Shown piece by piece: positions 1-11,950 of a stretch of DNA of 64,000 bases. The DNA is taken from the NCBI RefSeq assembly GCF_018350175.1, contig NC_058368.1, positions 86,926,001-86,990,000 of the forward strand, read 5' to 3'. The position numbers and the translations under genes are program-made. Within the stretch, counting starts at the first letter, position 1. The number at the start of each line of letters is the position of its first letter. Source of the stretch: Felis catus (taxonomy: Eukaryota). The notes under the pieces are model-generated. The model saw only the letters and a list, made by a program, of their open reading frames with translations, was not told where the DNA came from and did not search any database.

Positions 1-720
1 GTAGTTAAAACTTTTTTTAACGTTTAAGGAGCTAAGTTTTGCTAACAGCCATATAACCCTACCAAACAAGCTATTAGAATGTACGCATGCCACTTTAAGA
101 CAAATGCTTCGTGGGACGCCTGGGTAGCTCAGTCAGTTAAGCGTCCAACTTCAGCTCAGGTCACCATCTCGCAGTCCATGAGCTCGAGCCCAACGTCGGG
201 CTCTTGGCTGATGGCTCAGGGCCTGGAGCCTGCTTCCGATGCTGTGTCTCCCTCTCTCTCTGCCCCTCCCCCATTCATGCTCTGTCTCTCTCTGTCTCAA
301 AACTAAATAAACATTAAAATTTTTTTAAATAAAAAAAAAGACAAATGCTTCGCAAACAAAAAAAGGGGAACCTACATAATGCCTCCCCTTGGAATTCACT
401 ATTTAAAGACTTATACACTCTAAATTGTTTAAATTGTGATTCTCATAACTTGATAGATGCCAATCAGCATTTCGTGCCATCCCCTGTCTCAAATATCACA
501 GCCAAGGTGCTACTTAAACACGTACAAGGTGATCATTCATGGAAAGGACCTTATGAACTGATAACATGGGGATGGGGATATGCATGTGTTCTTGTCCCAT
601 CAGGATTGTACTGGGTTCCTGACTGTCTGATTAAACCATACCATGAGTTGGAAGGATCAACCCTTCAACCTTCTTCCTCAGATGGCCAATTTCTCCTTAC
701 AAGACAACAGGGGAAACATT
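1..720 (+). pseudogene. pol: Betaretrovirus-like (class II ERV) integrase C-terminal remnant, interrupted by a SINE
   Basis: With the SINE removed it reads PYNPTKQAI/ECTHATLRQMLRKQKKG...LYTLNCLN...WKGPYELITWGWGYACV. This matches betaretroviral IN core end and C-terminal domain motifs (PYNPQGQAIVER; WKGPxxLxxWGRGYACV). Confidence 0.85.
113..337 (+). mobile_element. Can-SINE (felid type)
   Basis: tRNA-derived head gggacgcctgggtagctcag, (CT)n and A-tail. 15-bp TSD aagacaaatgcttcg at 97-111 and 338-352. Confidence 0.95.
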
Positions 721-721
721 A

Positions 722-729
722 AACACACA

Positions 730-778
<49 letters not shown>
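722..778. repeat. (CA)n microsatellite
   Basis: Visible dinucleotide run. Confidence 0.95.
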
Positions 779-779
<1 letters not shown>

Positions 780-1090
780 AGGACAGTGGGGGAGACCATG
801 TCCCTGGACAACTAAGGCAAATGACATCATCTGGGGACAACTTAAGAAACTCAATCGACATGCACCAAAGTCATGTGCCATACCCAAGCACCACCCACCC
901 CAGAAAACAGGTTTTTAGTATATTTAGCTGTGGTTTCCCAAATCTCGGCTAAGGTAACGATTTGCTTAATCTTTTTCTTTGTCCAGACCACTACTGTTTT
1001 TTCATCACTGTATTAGGCTCATATCATAGACTCCCCTTTCTTTAAGCCAGTTAAAATAACACTTGATGACCCATACTATCTTTCTGGTTT
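780..1090 (+). pseudogene. env: Class II ERV env leader (Rec/Rem-like signal peptide region) and start of SU
   Basis: IWGQLKKL, then after a frameshift TPENRFLVYLAVVSQ...LY*AHIIDSPFFKPV. Resembles the HERV-K leader TWAQLKKL...TPESMLLAALMIVS...YWAYVPFPPLIRAV. Confidence 0.75.
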
Positions 1091-1292
1091 GTTTTTTTTT
1101 TCAATAAATGAAATTTATTGTCAAATTAGTTTCCATACAACACCCAGTGCTCATCCCAAAAGGTGCCCTCTTCAATACTCATCACCCACCCTCCCCTCCC
1201 TCCCACCCCCCATCAACCCTCAGTATGTTCTCAGTTTTTAAGAGTCTCTTATGATTTGGCTCTCTCCCACTCTAACCTCTTTTTTTTCCCTT
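1091..1292 (-). mobile_element. L1 3' UTR fragment (young carnivore/felid L1)
   Basis: Poly-T followed by the reverse complement of the same 3' UTR seen at 8610-8812. Confidence 0.9.
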
Positions 1293-1351
1293 CTCTCTCT
1301 GCCGCTAACCCACTCGCATTGTGTGTCTGTGTCTCTCAAAAAAATATATAA

Positions 1352-1382
<31 letters not shown>

Positions 1383-1383
1383 A
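1293..1383 (+). mobile_element. Can-SINE 3' tail only, with (AAAT)n
   Basis: tctctctgccgctaacccactcgcattgtgtgtctgtgtctctcaaaaaa followed by AAAT repeats; no SINE head. Confidence 0.7.
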
Positions 1384-1509
1384 TATTGCTACCCTGGCTT
1401 TCTTTTGACATTCATTTGCATGATAAATGTTTATTCATGCCCTTACTTTCAATCTGGATGTGTCTCTAGGTCTGAAATGAGTATCATCTGGGCATCACAT
1501 AGATGAACC

Positions 1510-1554
<45 letters not shown>

Positions 1555-1800
1555 TTTGTGTATGTGTATATACACATAGATACACACTGTGTCATCCTAT
1601 GTCTTTTGATTGGAAAATGTGTCCACTTACACCCAATGTAATTTTTGATATGTATATATTTTCTGCCATTTTCAACTTGTTTTGTGGTTGTTTTTGTAGT
1701 TTTACTCTGATCCTTTTTTTATTTACTCTCTTTCATGATCTGCTAGTTTTATTTAATGATATACTTGGATGTTTTTCTCCTCTTTGCATATCTATTATTG
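1384..1800 (-). mobile_element. Older L1 fragment (inter-ORF spacer plus endonuclease start) containing (TG)n at about 1512-1570
   Basis: Reverse complement resembles the spacer/EN start at 40920-41300. Confidence 0.75.
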
Positions 1801-2289
1801 TGCTGGTCTGGCTTTTGGCTTTGGCCAAAAGGATTACTTAAAACTCCATGGAAGTCAAGAGAGGTGAGAGGGAGGCTAAGGGAAGTCTCCTCTAGCTGTT
1901 CTCAAGGCCCCATATTTATTAAGCATACATTTAGGGAAACAATATGTTATACATTACTGGGCTATGTGCCAGTAAGAATGTATAGAAAAATGTGCAGAAA
2001 AACAAGTTAAGACAGGATAAAATATTCTACATGATAACACGGTCTAAGGAATTTATGAGAACAGGCAGGACATACTCTTAGATATACATTAACCAGGTAA
2101 GTGAAGTGTAATGTGCCCCCTAGATATATATTAGCTAGGTAAGCAAAGTGAGTGTCTCCAAGATATACAATATTGAGTTAAGGGAAGCACAGCCTGCTGT
2201 TTTCAGCAAGGCCAGAAAGCAGTGTTCTGTTTTGCAATGTGTTCCCTATAATCTCCTAACCCAGGACATAGCTATTTGATTTCCCCACA
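1801..2289 (-). mobile_element. Class II ERV 3' LTR (about 490 bp)
   Basis: Minus strand starts TGTGGGGAA directly after a polypurine tract (aaacaaaataggaggata). AATAAA at 1915-1920 (-); ends ...gaccagCA. Confidence 0.8.
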
Positions 2290-2880
2290 TATCCTCCTAT
2301 TTTGTTTGAAGAAACTTCTCATTCATGGGAGTTGAGGAGGGCAATCAGTTGTTGTTCATGATGTCTCAAAGAGGCCACTACAGTGTAGGTAATTCAGAAG
2401 GCTATGAGAAATACAGAAAAGATTAACAAGCAGAGAGCTCCAAATAATACAAATTCACAAATTGAGGCCAAGTAACTGGTTGGTTGGATTGAACCATTTC
2501 ACATTGTCACATATCTCCTGTTCAACTTGTATCTGTGTTTCCTGTGGAATATATAACAGTTGTCAAAGCAGCTGGGAATTCAGAGCTTTAATCTCAGACT
2601 GGAAATTGGTGGACAAACCTCCTTGTAGGTGTTTCTTTACTAAATCCAGGAGTGTTGAGACATATTATATTGTAAGGGGGTGACACAAGTTTTGTCATGT
2701 TGCCAGTCACATTGTATATTTTGACAATAGACAAGTAAGTGCCTGTGGGCAGTCCCCCCTCATTTGTGTGTTTATTTTTTTTAAGATAAACATATGTGAG
2801 TTAAAAAGTTTGGTAATATTACAATGGCTGATAACAGGCTGTGTACCAGCCAGAAGAGGCACTTCAAAAATGTAATATGG
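2290..2880 (-). pseudogene. env: Class II ERV env 3' part (TM) and PPT
   Basis: Minus strand reads QCDWQHDKTCVTPLQYNMSQHSW/VKKHLQG...SEIKALNSQL, the betaretroviral TM CX7C region (cf. HERV-K CDWNTSDFCITP..YN.S..HW..V.RHLQG). Confidence 0.85.
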
Positions 2881-3810
2881 GAGTTTAGGGCAGAAGATGG
2901 CAGCATAGGAGGACGCTGGGCTCACCGCGCGTCCTGCTGATCACTTAGATTCCACCTACACCTGCCTAAATAACACAGAAAACCACCAGAGGATTAGCAG
3001 AACAGAGTCTCTGGAGCCAAGCGCAGACGAGAGGCCAACAGAAGAGGGTAGGAAGGGCAGCGAGGTGGTGCATGCTCCATGGACGTGCAGGAGGGAGCGG
3101 GGGCGTAGGGCCGCGGCCAAGCAGAGCCCCAAGTCTGGCTTGCAAAAGCCGAGGGGCCAGACGGAGTGTGTTCTGAAAGCAAGCGGGACTTAGCATCTGG
3201 GAGGTCATAAGGTAACACCTCTGCTCGGAAAGCAGAAAGCGGGAAGGCTGGAGGACAAAGGGAGGGAGAGTTGCTGAGCCCCGGGATGACAGAGCTCATT
3301 TTGGCGGGGAACAAAGGCACTGGCCAGTGCCATCTCCCTTGCCCATCCCCAGCCAAAATCCCAAAGGGAACCAGTTCCTGCCAGGGAACTTGCTTGCTCC
3401 GCGCAAACTCCCAACACTGTGCTTCTGTGGAGCCACCCCTCTGGCAGTGGGTCTGACTCCCTCCCGCTGCCACAGGGCCCCTCCTGAAGTGGATCACCTA
3501 AGGAGAAGTGAGCTAAGCCTGCCCCTCCTGCCCCCGTGCACCTTGCCTACCCACCCCAGCTAATACACCAGATCCCCAGCACCACAAGCCTGGCAGTGTG
3601 CATGTAGCCTAGACGGGCCACACCACCCCACAGTGAATCCAGCCCCTAGGAGAAGGGAAGAGAAGGCACACACCAGTCTGACTGTGGCTCCAGCAGTGGG
3701 CTGGGGGCAGACATCAGGTCTGACTACAGCCTCGCCCACCAACTCCAGTTATACACCACAGCACAGGAAAAGTGCCCTGCAGGTCCGCACCACTCCAGGG
3801 ACTATCCAAA

Positions 3811-4705
3811 ATGACCAATCGGAAGAATTCCCTTCAGAAGAATCTCCAGGAAATAACAACAGCTAATGAACTGATCAAAACGGATTTAAATAATATAACA
3901 GAAAGTGAATTGAGAATAATAGTCATAAAATTAATCGCTGGGCTTGAAAACAGTATAGAGGACAGCAGAGAATCTCTTGCTACAGAGCTCAAGGGACTAA
4001 GGAACAGCCAGGAGGAGCTGAAAAACGCTTTAAGCGACATGCAAAATAAAATGGAAACGACCACGGCTCGGATTGAAGAGGCAGAGGAGAGAATAGGTGA
4101 ACTAGAAGATAAAATTATGGAAAAAGAGGAAACTGAGCAAAAGAGAGATAAAAAAAATCCAGGAGTATGAGGGGAAAATTAGAGAACTAAGTGATACACT
4201 AAAAAGAAATAATATACACATAATTGGTATCCCAGAGGAGGAAGAGAGAGGGAAAGGTGCTGAAGGTGTCCTTGAAGAAATAATAGCTGAGAACTTCCCT
4301 GAACTGGGGAAGGAAAAAGGCATTGAAATCCAAGAGGCACAGAGAACTCCCTTCAGACGTAACTTGAATCGATCTTCTGCACGACGTATCATAGTGAAAC
4401 TGGCAAAATACAAGGATAAAGAGAAAATTCTGAAAGCAGCAAGGGATAAACATGCCCTCACATATAAAGGGAGACCTATAAGACTCGTGACTGATCTCTC
4501 TTTTGAAACTTGGCAGGCCAGAAAGGATTGGCAGGAGATCTTCAATGTGTTGAACAGAAAAAATATGCAGCCGAGAATCCTTTATCCAGCAAGTCTGTCA
4601 TTTAGAATAGAAGGAGAGATAAAGGTCTTCCCACACAAGCAAAAACTGAAGGAATTTGTCACCACTAAACCAGCCCTACAAGAGATCCTAAGGGGGATCC
4701 TGTGA
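3811..4705 (+). pseudogene. L1 ORF1, frameshifted in the A-run near 4150-4158
   Basis: ORF pieces MTNRKNS...coiled coil, and ...PRILYPASLSF...KPALQEILRGIL. Confidence 0.93.
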
Positions 4706-4755
4706 CACAAAGTACCAGAGACATCCTTACCAGCATAAAACATACAGACATCACA

Positions 4756-7700
4756 ATGACTCTAAACCCGTATCTTTCTATAATAACACTGAATGTAAAT
4801 GGACTAAATGTGCCAACCAAAAGACATAGGGTATCAGAATGGATAAAAAAACAAGACCCATCTATTTGCTGTTTACGAGAGACTCATTTTGGACCTGAGG
4901 ACACCTTTAGATTGAGAGTGAGGGGATGGAGAACTATTTATCATGCGACTGGATGCCAAAAGAAAGCTGGAGTAGCCATACTATATCAGACAAACTAGAC
5001 TTTAAATTAAAGCTGTAACAAGAGATGAAGAAGGACATTATAGAATAATTACAGGGTCTATCCATCAGGAAGAGCTAGCAGTTATAAATGTCTATGCTCT
5101 GAATATGGGAGCCCCCAAATATGTAAAATAATTACTCATAAACATAAGCAACCTTACTGAGAAGAATGTGGTAATTGCAGGGGACTTTAACACCCCACTT
5201 ACAGAAATGGATAGATCATCTAGACACACGGTCAATAAAGAAACAAGGGCCCTGAATGATACATTGGATCAGATGGACTTGACAGATATATTTAGAACTC
5301 TGCATCCAAAAGCAACAGAATATACTTTCTTCTCGAGTACACATGGAATATTCTCCAAGATAGATCATATACTGGGTCACAAAACAGCCCTTCATAAGTA
5401 TACAAGAATTGAAATTATGCCATGCATACTTTCAGACCACAATGCTATGAAGCTTGAAATCAACCACAGGAAAAAGTCTGGAAAACCTCCAAAAGCATGG
5501 AGGTTAAAGAACACCCTACTAAAGAATGAGTGGGTCAACCAGGCAATTAGAGAAGAAACTAAAAATATATGGAAACAAAGGAAAATGAAAATACAACAAT
5601 CCAAACGCTTTGGGATGCAGCGAAGGCAGTCCTGAGAGGAAAATACATTGCAATCCAGTCCTATCTCCATAAACAAGAAAAATCCCAAATACAAAATCTA
5701 ACAGCACACCTAAAGGAAATAGAAGCAGAACAGCAAAGACAGCCTAAACCCAGCAAAAGAAGAGAAATAATAAAGATCAGAGCAGAAATAAACAATATAG
5801 AATCTAAATAAACTGTAGAGCAGATCAACGAAACCAAGAGTTGGTTTTTTGAAAAAATAAACAAAATTGACAAACCTCTAGCCAGGCTTCTCAAAAAGAA
5901 AAGGGAGATGACCCAAATAGATAAAATCATGAATGAAAATGGAATTATTACAACCAATCCCTCAGAGATACAAACAATTATCAGGGAATACTATGAAAAA
6001 TTATATGCCACCAAATTGGACAACCTGCAAAAAATGGACACATTCCTAAACACCCACACTCTTCCAAAACTCAATCAGGAGTAAATAGAAAGCTTGAACA
6101 GACCCATAACCAGTGAAGAAATTGAATAGGTTATCAAAAATCTCCCAACAAATAAGAGCCCAGGACCAGATGGCTTCCCAGGGGAGTTCTACCAGACGTT
6201 TAAAGCAGAGATAATACCTATCCTTCTCAAGCTAGTCCAAGAATTAGAAAGGGAAGGAAAACTTCCAGACTCATTCTATGAAGCCAGTTTTACTTGGATT
6301 CCTAAACCAGACAGAGACCCATTAAAAAAAGAGAACTACAGGCCAATATCCCTGATGAATATGGATGCAAAAAATCTCCATAAGATACTAGAAAATCAAA
6401 TTCAACAGCATATAAAAAGAATTATTCACCATGATCAAGTGAGATCCATTCCTGTGATGCAGGGCTGATTCAACATTCACAAAAAAATCAACGTGATACA
6501 TCACATTAATAAAAGAAAAGATAAGAACCATATGATCCTGTCAATCGATGCAGAAAAGGCCTTTGACAAAATTCAGCACCCTTTCCTAATAAAAACCTTT
6601 CAGAAAGTCGGGATAGAAGGAACATACTTAAAGATCATAAGAGCCATTTATGAAAAGCCCACAGCTAACATCATCCTCAATGGGGAAAAACTGAGAGCTT
6701 TTTCCCTGAGATCAGGAACATGACAGAGATGGCCACTCTCACCGCTGTTGTTTAACATAGTGTTGGAACTTCTAGCATCAGCCATCAGACAACAAAAGGA
6801 AATCAAAGGCATCAAATTGGCAAGGATGTAGTCAAGCTTTCACTTTTTGCAGATGATATGATACTATACATGGAAAATCTGATAGACTCCACCTGAAGTC
6901 TGCTAGAACTGATACATGAATTCAGCAAAGTTGCAGGATACAAAATCAATGTACAGAAGTCAGTTGCATTCTTATACACTAACAATGAAGCAACAGAAAG
7001 ACAAATAAAGAAACTGATCCCATTCACAATTGCACCAAGAAGCATAAAATACCTAGGAATAAATCTAACCAAAGATGTAAAGGATCTGTATGCTGAAAAC
7101 TATAGAAAGCTTATGAAGGAAATTGAAGAAGATATAAAGAAATGGAAAGACATTCCCTGCTCATGGATTGGAAGAATAAATATTGTCAAAATGTCAATAC
7201 TACCCAAAGCTATCTACACATTCAATGCAGTCCCAATCAAAATTGCACCAGCATTCTTCTCGAAACGAGAGCAAGCAATTCTAAAATTCTAAAATTCATA
7301 TGGAACCACAAAAGGCCCCGAATAGCCAAAGTAATTTTGAAGAAGAAGACCAAAGCAGGAGGCATCACAATCCCAGACTTTAGCCTCCACTACAAAGCTG
7401 TCATCATCAAGACAGCATGGTATTGGCACAAAAACAGACACATAGACCAATGGAATAGAATAGAAACCCCAGAACTAGACCCACAAATGTATGGCCAACT
7501 CATCTTTGACAAAGCAGGAAAGAACATCCAATGGAAAAAAGACAGTCTCTTTAACAAATGGTGCTGGGAGAACTGGACAGCAACATGAAGAAGGTTGAAA
7601 CTAGACCACTTTCTCACACCATTCACAAAAATAAACTCAAAATGGATAAAGGACCTGAATGTGAGACAGGAAACCATCAAAACCTTAGAGGAGAAAGCAG

Positions 7701-8584
7701 GAAAAGACCTCTCTGACCTCAGCTGTAGCAATTTCTTACTTGACACATCCTCAAAGGCAAGGGAATTAAAAGCAAAAATGAACTATTGGGACCTTATGAA
7801 GATAAAAAGCTTCTGCACAGCAAAGGAAACAATCAACAAAATTAAAAGGCAACCAACGGAATGGGAAAAGATATTTGCAAATGACATATCGGACAAAAGA
7901 CTACTATCCAAAATCTATAAAGAGCTCACCAAACTTCACACCCGAAAAACAAATAACCCAGTGAAGAAATGGGCAGAAAATATGAATAGACACTTCTCTA
8001 AAGAAGACATCCAGATGGCCAACAGGCACATGAAAAGATGCTCAACGTCGCTCCTTATCAGGGAAATACAAATCAAAACCACACTCAGATATCACCTCAC
8101 GCCAGTCAGAGTGGCCAAAATGAACAAATCAGGGGACTATAGATGCTGGAGAGGATGTGGAGAAACGGGAACCCTCTTGCACTGTTGGTGGGAATGCAAA
8201 CTGTTGCAGCCACTCTGGAAATCAGTGTGGAGGTTCCTCAGAAAATTAAAAATAGACCTACCCTATGACCCAGCAATAGCACTGCTAGGAATTTACCCAA
8301 GGGATACAGGAGTACTGATGCATAGGGGCACTTGTACCCCAATGTTTATAGCAGCACTCTCAACAATAGCCAAATTATGGAAAAAGCCTAAATGTCCATC
8401 AACTGATGAATGGATAAAGAAATTGTAGTTTATATACACAATGGAGTACTACGTGGCAATGAGAAAGAATGAAATATGGCCCTTTGTAGCAACGTGGATG
8501 GAACTGGAGAGTGTGATGCTAAGTGAAATAAGCCATACAGAGAAAGACAGATACCATTTGGTTTCACTCTTATGTGAATCCTGA
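4756..8584 (+). pseudogene. L1 ORF2 (EN-RT-C terminal), multiple stops and frameshifts
   Basis: TLNVNGLN, GDFNTPL, SDHN, FADD-coding region, HCWWECKL; fragmented in the ORF track. Confidence 0.95.
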
Positions 8585-8815
8585 GAAACTTAACAGAAAC
8601 CCATGGGGGAGGGGAAGGGAAAAAAAAAGAGGTTAGAGTGGGAGAGATTCAAAGCATAAGAGACTTTTAAAAACTGAGAACAAACTGAGGGTTGATGGGG
8701 GGTGGGAGGGAGGGGAGGGTGGGTGATGGGTACTGAGGGGGGCACCTTTTGGGATGAGCACTGGGTGTTGTACAGAAACCAATTTGACAATAAATTTCAT
8801 ATAGTGAAAAAAAAT

Positions 8816-10876
8816 CCTAAATGAAATACTATCAAACCAAGCCAAACAAAACATTACAAAAATTATTCACTATTATCAAGTGGCATTTATTCCTGCAATG
8901 CAAGAGTGGTTTAATCAATGTGACACATTACATCACTAAGAGGATGAAAAGCATATGATCATTTCTGTAAATGCAGGAAAAAAATTAAAAAAAAACATTT
9001 GATATAGTACAACATTCATTGATGATGAAAACTCTCAATATGATATTTTAAGAGGGACTATACCTTAACACAATAAAGTCTTTATATGAAAATCCTATAG
9101 CTAACATCATATTCAATGGGGAAAAACTGAGAACATTTACATTGAGGTAAGGAAAATATCAAAGATGTCCAATCTCACCACTGTTATTCAACACAGTACT
9201 GAGAGTTCTATACACAACAATCACACAACAAAAGGAAATAAAATGCATCCAAATTGATACGGAAAAAGTAAAACTTTCACTATTCGTAGATGACATGATA
9301 CTACATAGAGAAAGCCCTAAATAATCCACCAAAAACTACTAGAACTGATAAATAAATTCGGCAAAGTGAAAAGATATAAAGTCAATGTACATAAACCTGT
9401 TTCATTTGTATACACCAATGATGGGGCAGAAGAAAGATAAATTAAGAAAACAATCTCTTTTTACAATTACACCAAAAATAATAAATTAACAAGAATGAAC
9501 TAACCAAAAAGTTGAAATACTTGTAGTCTTAAAACTATAAAATGTTGGTGAATGAACTGAAGATTACACAGAGAAATGGAAAGACATTCAAGAACAAATA
9601 TTGTTTAAAATGTTCATACTACCAAAGAAATCTATAGATTTATACAATTCCTATCAAAATACCAACAACATTTTTCACAAAACTAGAGAAAAATAATATA
9701 AAAATGTTCATGGAACCACATAAAGAGCCAAATAACCAAAGAAATCTTGAAAAAGAAAAACAAATTGGAGGTCCAATGATTCCAAACTTCAAGTTATATT
9801 ACAAACCCATAGTAATCAAAACAGTTTCAGACTGGCACAGAAGTAGACACATTGATTAATAGAACAGAATAAAATCCCAGAAATAAATCCACAACTATAT
9901 AGCCAACTAATCTTTGACAATGCAGAAAAGAATATCCAATGGTAAAAAGACAGTGTCTTCAAGAAATGGCTCTAGGAAAACTGGACAGCTACATGCAAAA
10001 GAATGAAATTGGACCACTTTCCCACATCATGCACAAAACTAAATGCAAAATGGATTCAAGACCTAATCGTGAGACATGAAACCATAAAAATCCTTGAAGA
10101 GAGCACAAGCAGTAAACTCTCTGACCTTGGCCATAGCAATATTTTTTCTAGATATGTCTCCTGAGGAAAGGGAAATAATACAAAACAAACTATTGGGATC
10201 CAATCAAAATAAGAAGTTTCTTCACAGAAATAGAGATAAGCAACAAAGCTAAAGGGCAACAATACAAAATGGGAGAATATATTTGCAAATGACATACATG
10301 ATAAAGGGTTAGCATGCAAAATACATAAAGCACTTATATAACTCAACCTCAGAAAACTAATAACCCAATTAAAAAATGGACTGAAGACCTGAAAAGTCAC
10401 ATCATCTAAGAAGACATCAGGATAGCCAACAGACAAATGAAAAGATGCTCAACATCATCAGGGAAATGAATATAAAGACTACAATGATATATCACCTCAC
10501 ATCAGTCAGAATGACTAAATTCAAAAACACAGCAAACAAGTATTGTTTAGGACGTAGAGAAAAAAAAACTTGTTCACTGCTAGTGGAAATGCATCTGGTA
10601 CAACTATTATGAGAGACTGAAAGACAATGTGGAGGTTAGTCAAAAAAATAGAAATATCCTATAATACATTAATTGCACTATTGATTATTTACACTAATAA
10701 TACCAAACAAAACAAAACAAAACGCTAATTTTAAAAATTACATGTATCTCTATATCTATTCCATCATTATTTACAATAGCCTAATTATGGAAACAGTGAA
10801 AACATCCATAGACTGATGAATGGATAAAGAAGTGATGTGTGTGTGTGTCTGTGTGTCTGTGCCTGTGTACACACAA

Positions 10877-10920
<44 letters not shown>

Positions 10921-11327
10921 GAATATTATGGAAATATTATGGAATATTATTCAGTATGGAATATCATGGCAAATTATTCAGCCATAAAAAGAATGAAATT
11001 TTTCATTTGAATTGTCATGGATGGATCTAGAGTGTATTATGCTATGTGAAATAAGTCAGAAGAACACAAACACCGTATGATTTCACTCATGTGGAATTTA
11101 ACAAAGAAAACAAAGAAGGGAGAGAGCAAAATAGGGAGAAACCAAGAAACAGACACCCAACTATGGGTGGAAAATGGGTGAAATTGGTGAAGGGAATTAA
11201 AAGCACACTTATCATGATGAGACCAGGTGATGTATAGAATTGTGAAGTCACTATATTGTAAACCTGAAACTAATATAATACTGCATGTTAAATATATTGG
11301 AAATAAAATTAAAAATTAATTTTAAAA
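8816..11327 (+). mobile_element. Older L1: RT to 3' UTR, with TG/CA/TA compound repeat at 10835-10920
   Basis: Degenerate ORF2 homology (ttcgtagatgacatg = FVDDM) and an older-type 3' UTR. Confidence 0.88.
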
Positions 11328-11379
11328 GGTCTACAGGAGAGTAATCTTTTTAGGTTTTTGGGGAGAGAGGGAGTAAAAT

Positions 11380-11950
11380 CCTTTTAAATTGGGTGAAAAA
11401 AACTTTGAACAATATTAAACTGTGGAACTTGGCACAGTAATTAGAATAGAGATAGGAAGAAAAAAATCGTCTACGGTGATGATTTCAATATCTTACACAT
11501 GTATATTAATTTGCCAAAACTCATAGAGTGGGACACTAAGATGTTTGTATCTAACTGTATCTAAATGAAGAAATAGTATATGTTTTATATACTTTATCTC
11601 AAAAAATAAAAATTAAATTAAAAAATCGAGCAATCATAACTCTACTTAATATTATATACACATCCAGAAATGCTCAAGGGATGAAGTGTAGCAATGTCTG
11701 CAATTTAAATTTAAATGGATAAAAAAAATGTACTTATGAGTGGGAAAAAGCATTGATAAATATTTGTATATGAGATGAATCAAATATAACAAAATGCTAT
11801 TTGTATACACAGGAGACAAATATATGCATGCTCACCATATGTAAGTCTTTCAACTTTTCCATTTATAACACAATGTTCAAAATACAATGTAAGGTAAAAC
11901 AAAAATATCAAAAGATCAAGTATACAAAAAATTAAAATGCAAAATATTTG
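11380..11950 (+). mobile_element. Possible ancient L1M 3' fragments
   Basis: Weak resemblance to old L1 3' ends (ggtgatg...acatgtatatt...ccaaaactcatag). Confidence 0.35.

Larger units (their letters stand above)
2888..8815 (+). mobile_element. Full-length young L1, disabled
   Basis: GC-rich 5' UTR with YY1-like aagatggc, ORF1, ORF2, G-rich 3' UTR and short A-tail. No TSD found. Confidence 0.97.

Noticed and set aside
79..306. Recurrent WVAQSVKRPTSAQV-type ORFs and tRNA-like sequence
   Set aside because: These are Can-SINE bodies, neither genes nor tRNAs.
2080..2185. CRISPR-like repeat-spacer array
   Set aside because: Imperfect LTR repeats without unique spacers, in eukaryotic DNA with no cas genes.
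2994..3497. Antisense 5' UTR ORF as an ORF0 analogue (ends LAPETLFC here and at 62042-62362)
   Set aside because: GTG start, GC-rich sequence favours open frames, and the frame is not maintained between copies.
4102..4545. Long hydrophobic ORFs antisense to L1 (also 58051-58476, 60758-61342)
   Set aside because: Shadow frames of A-rich L1 coding sequence.
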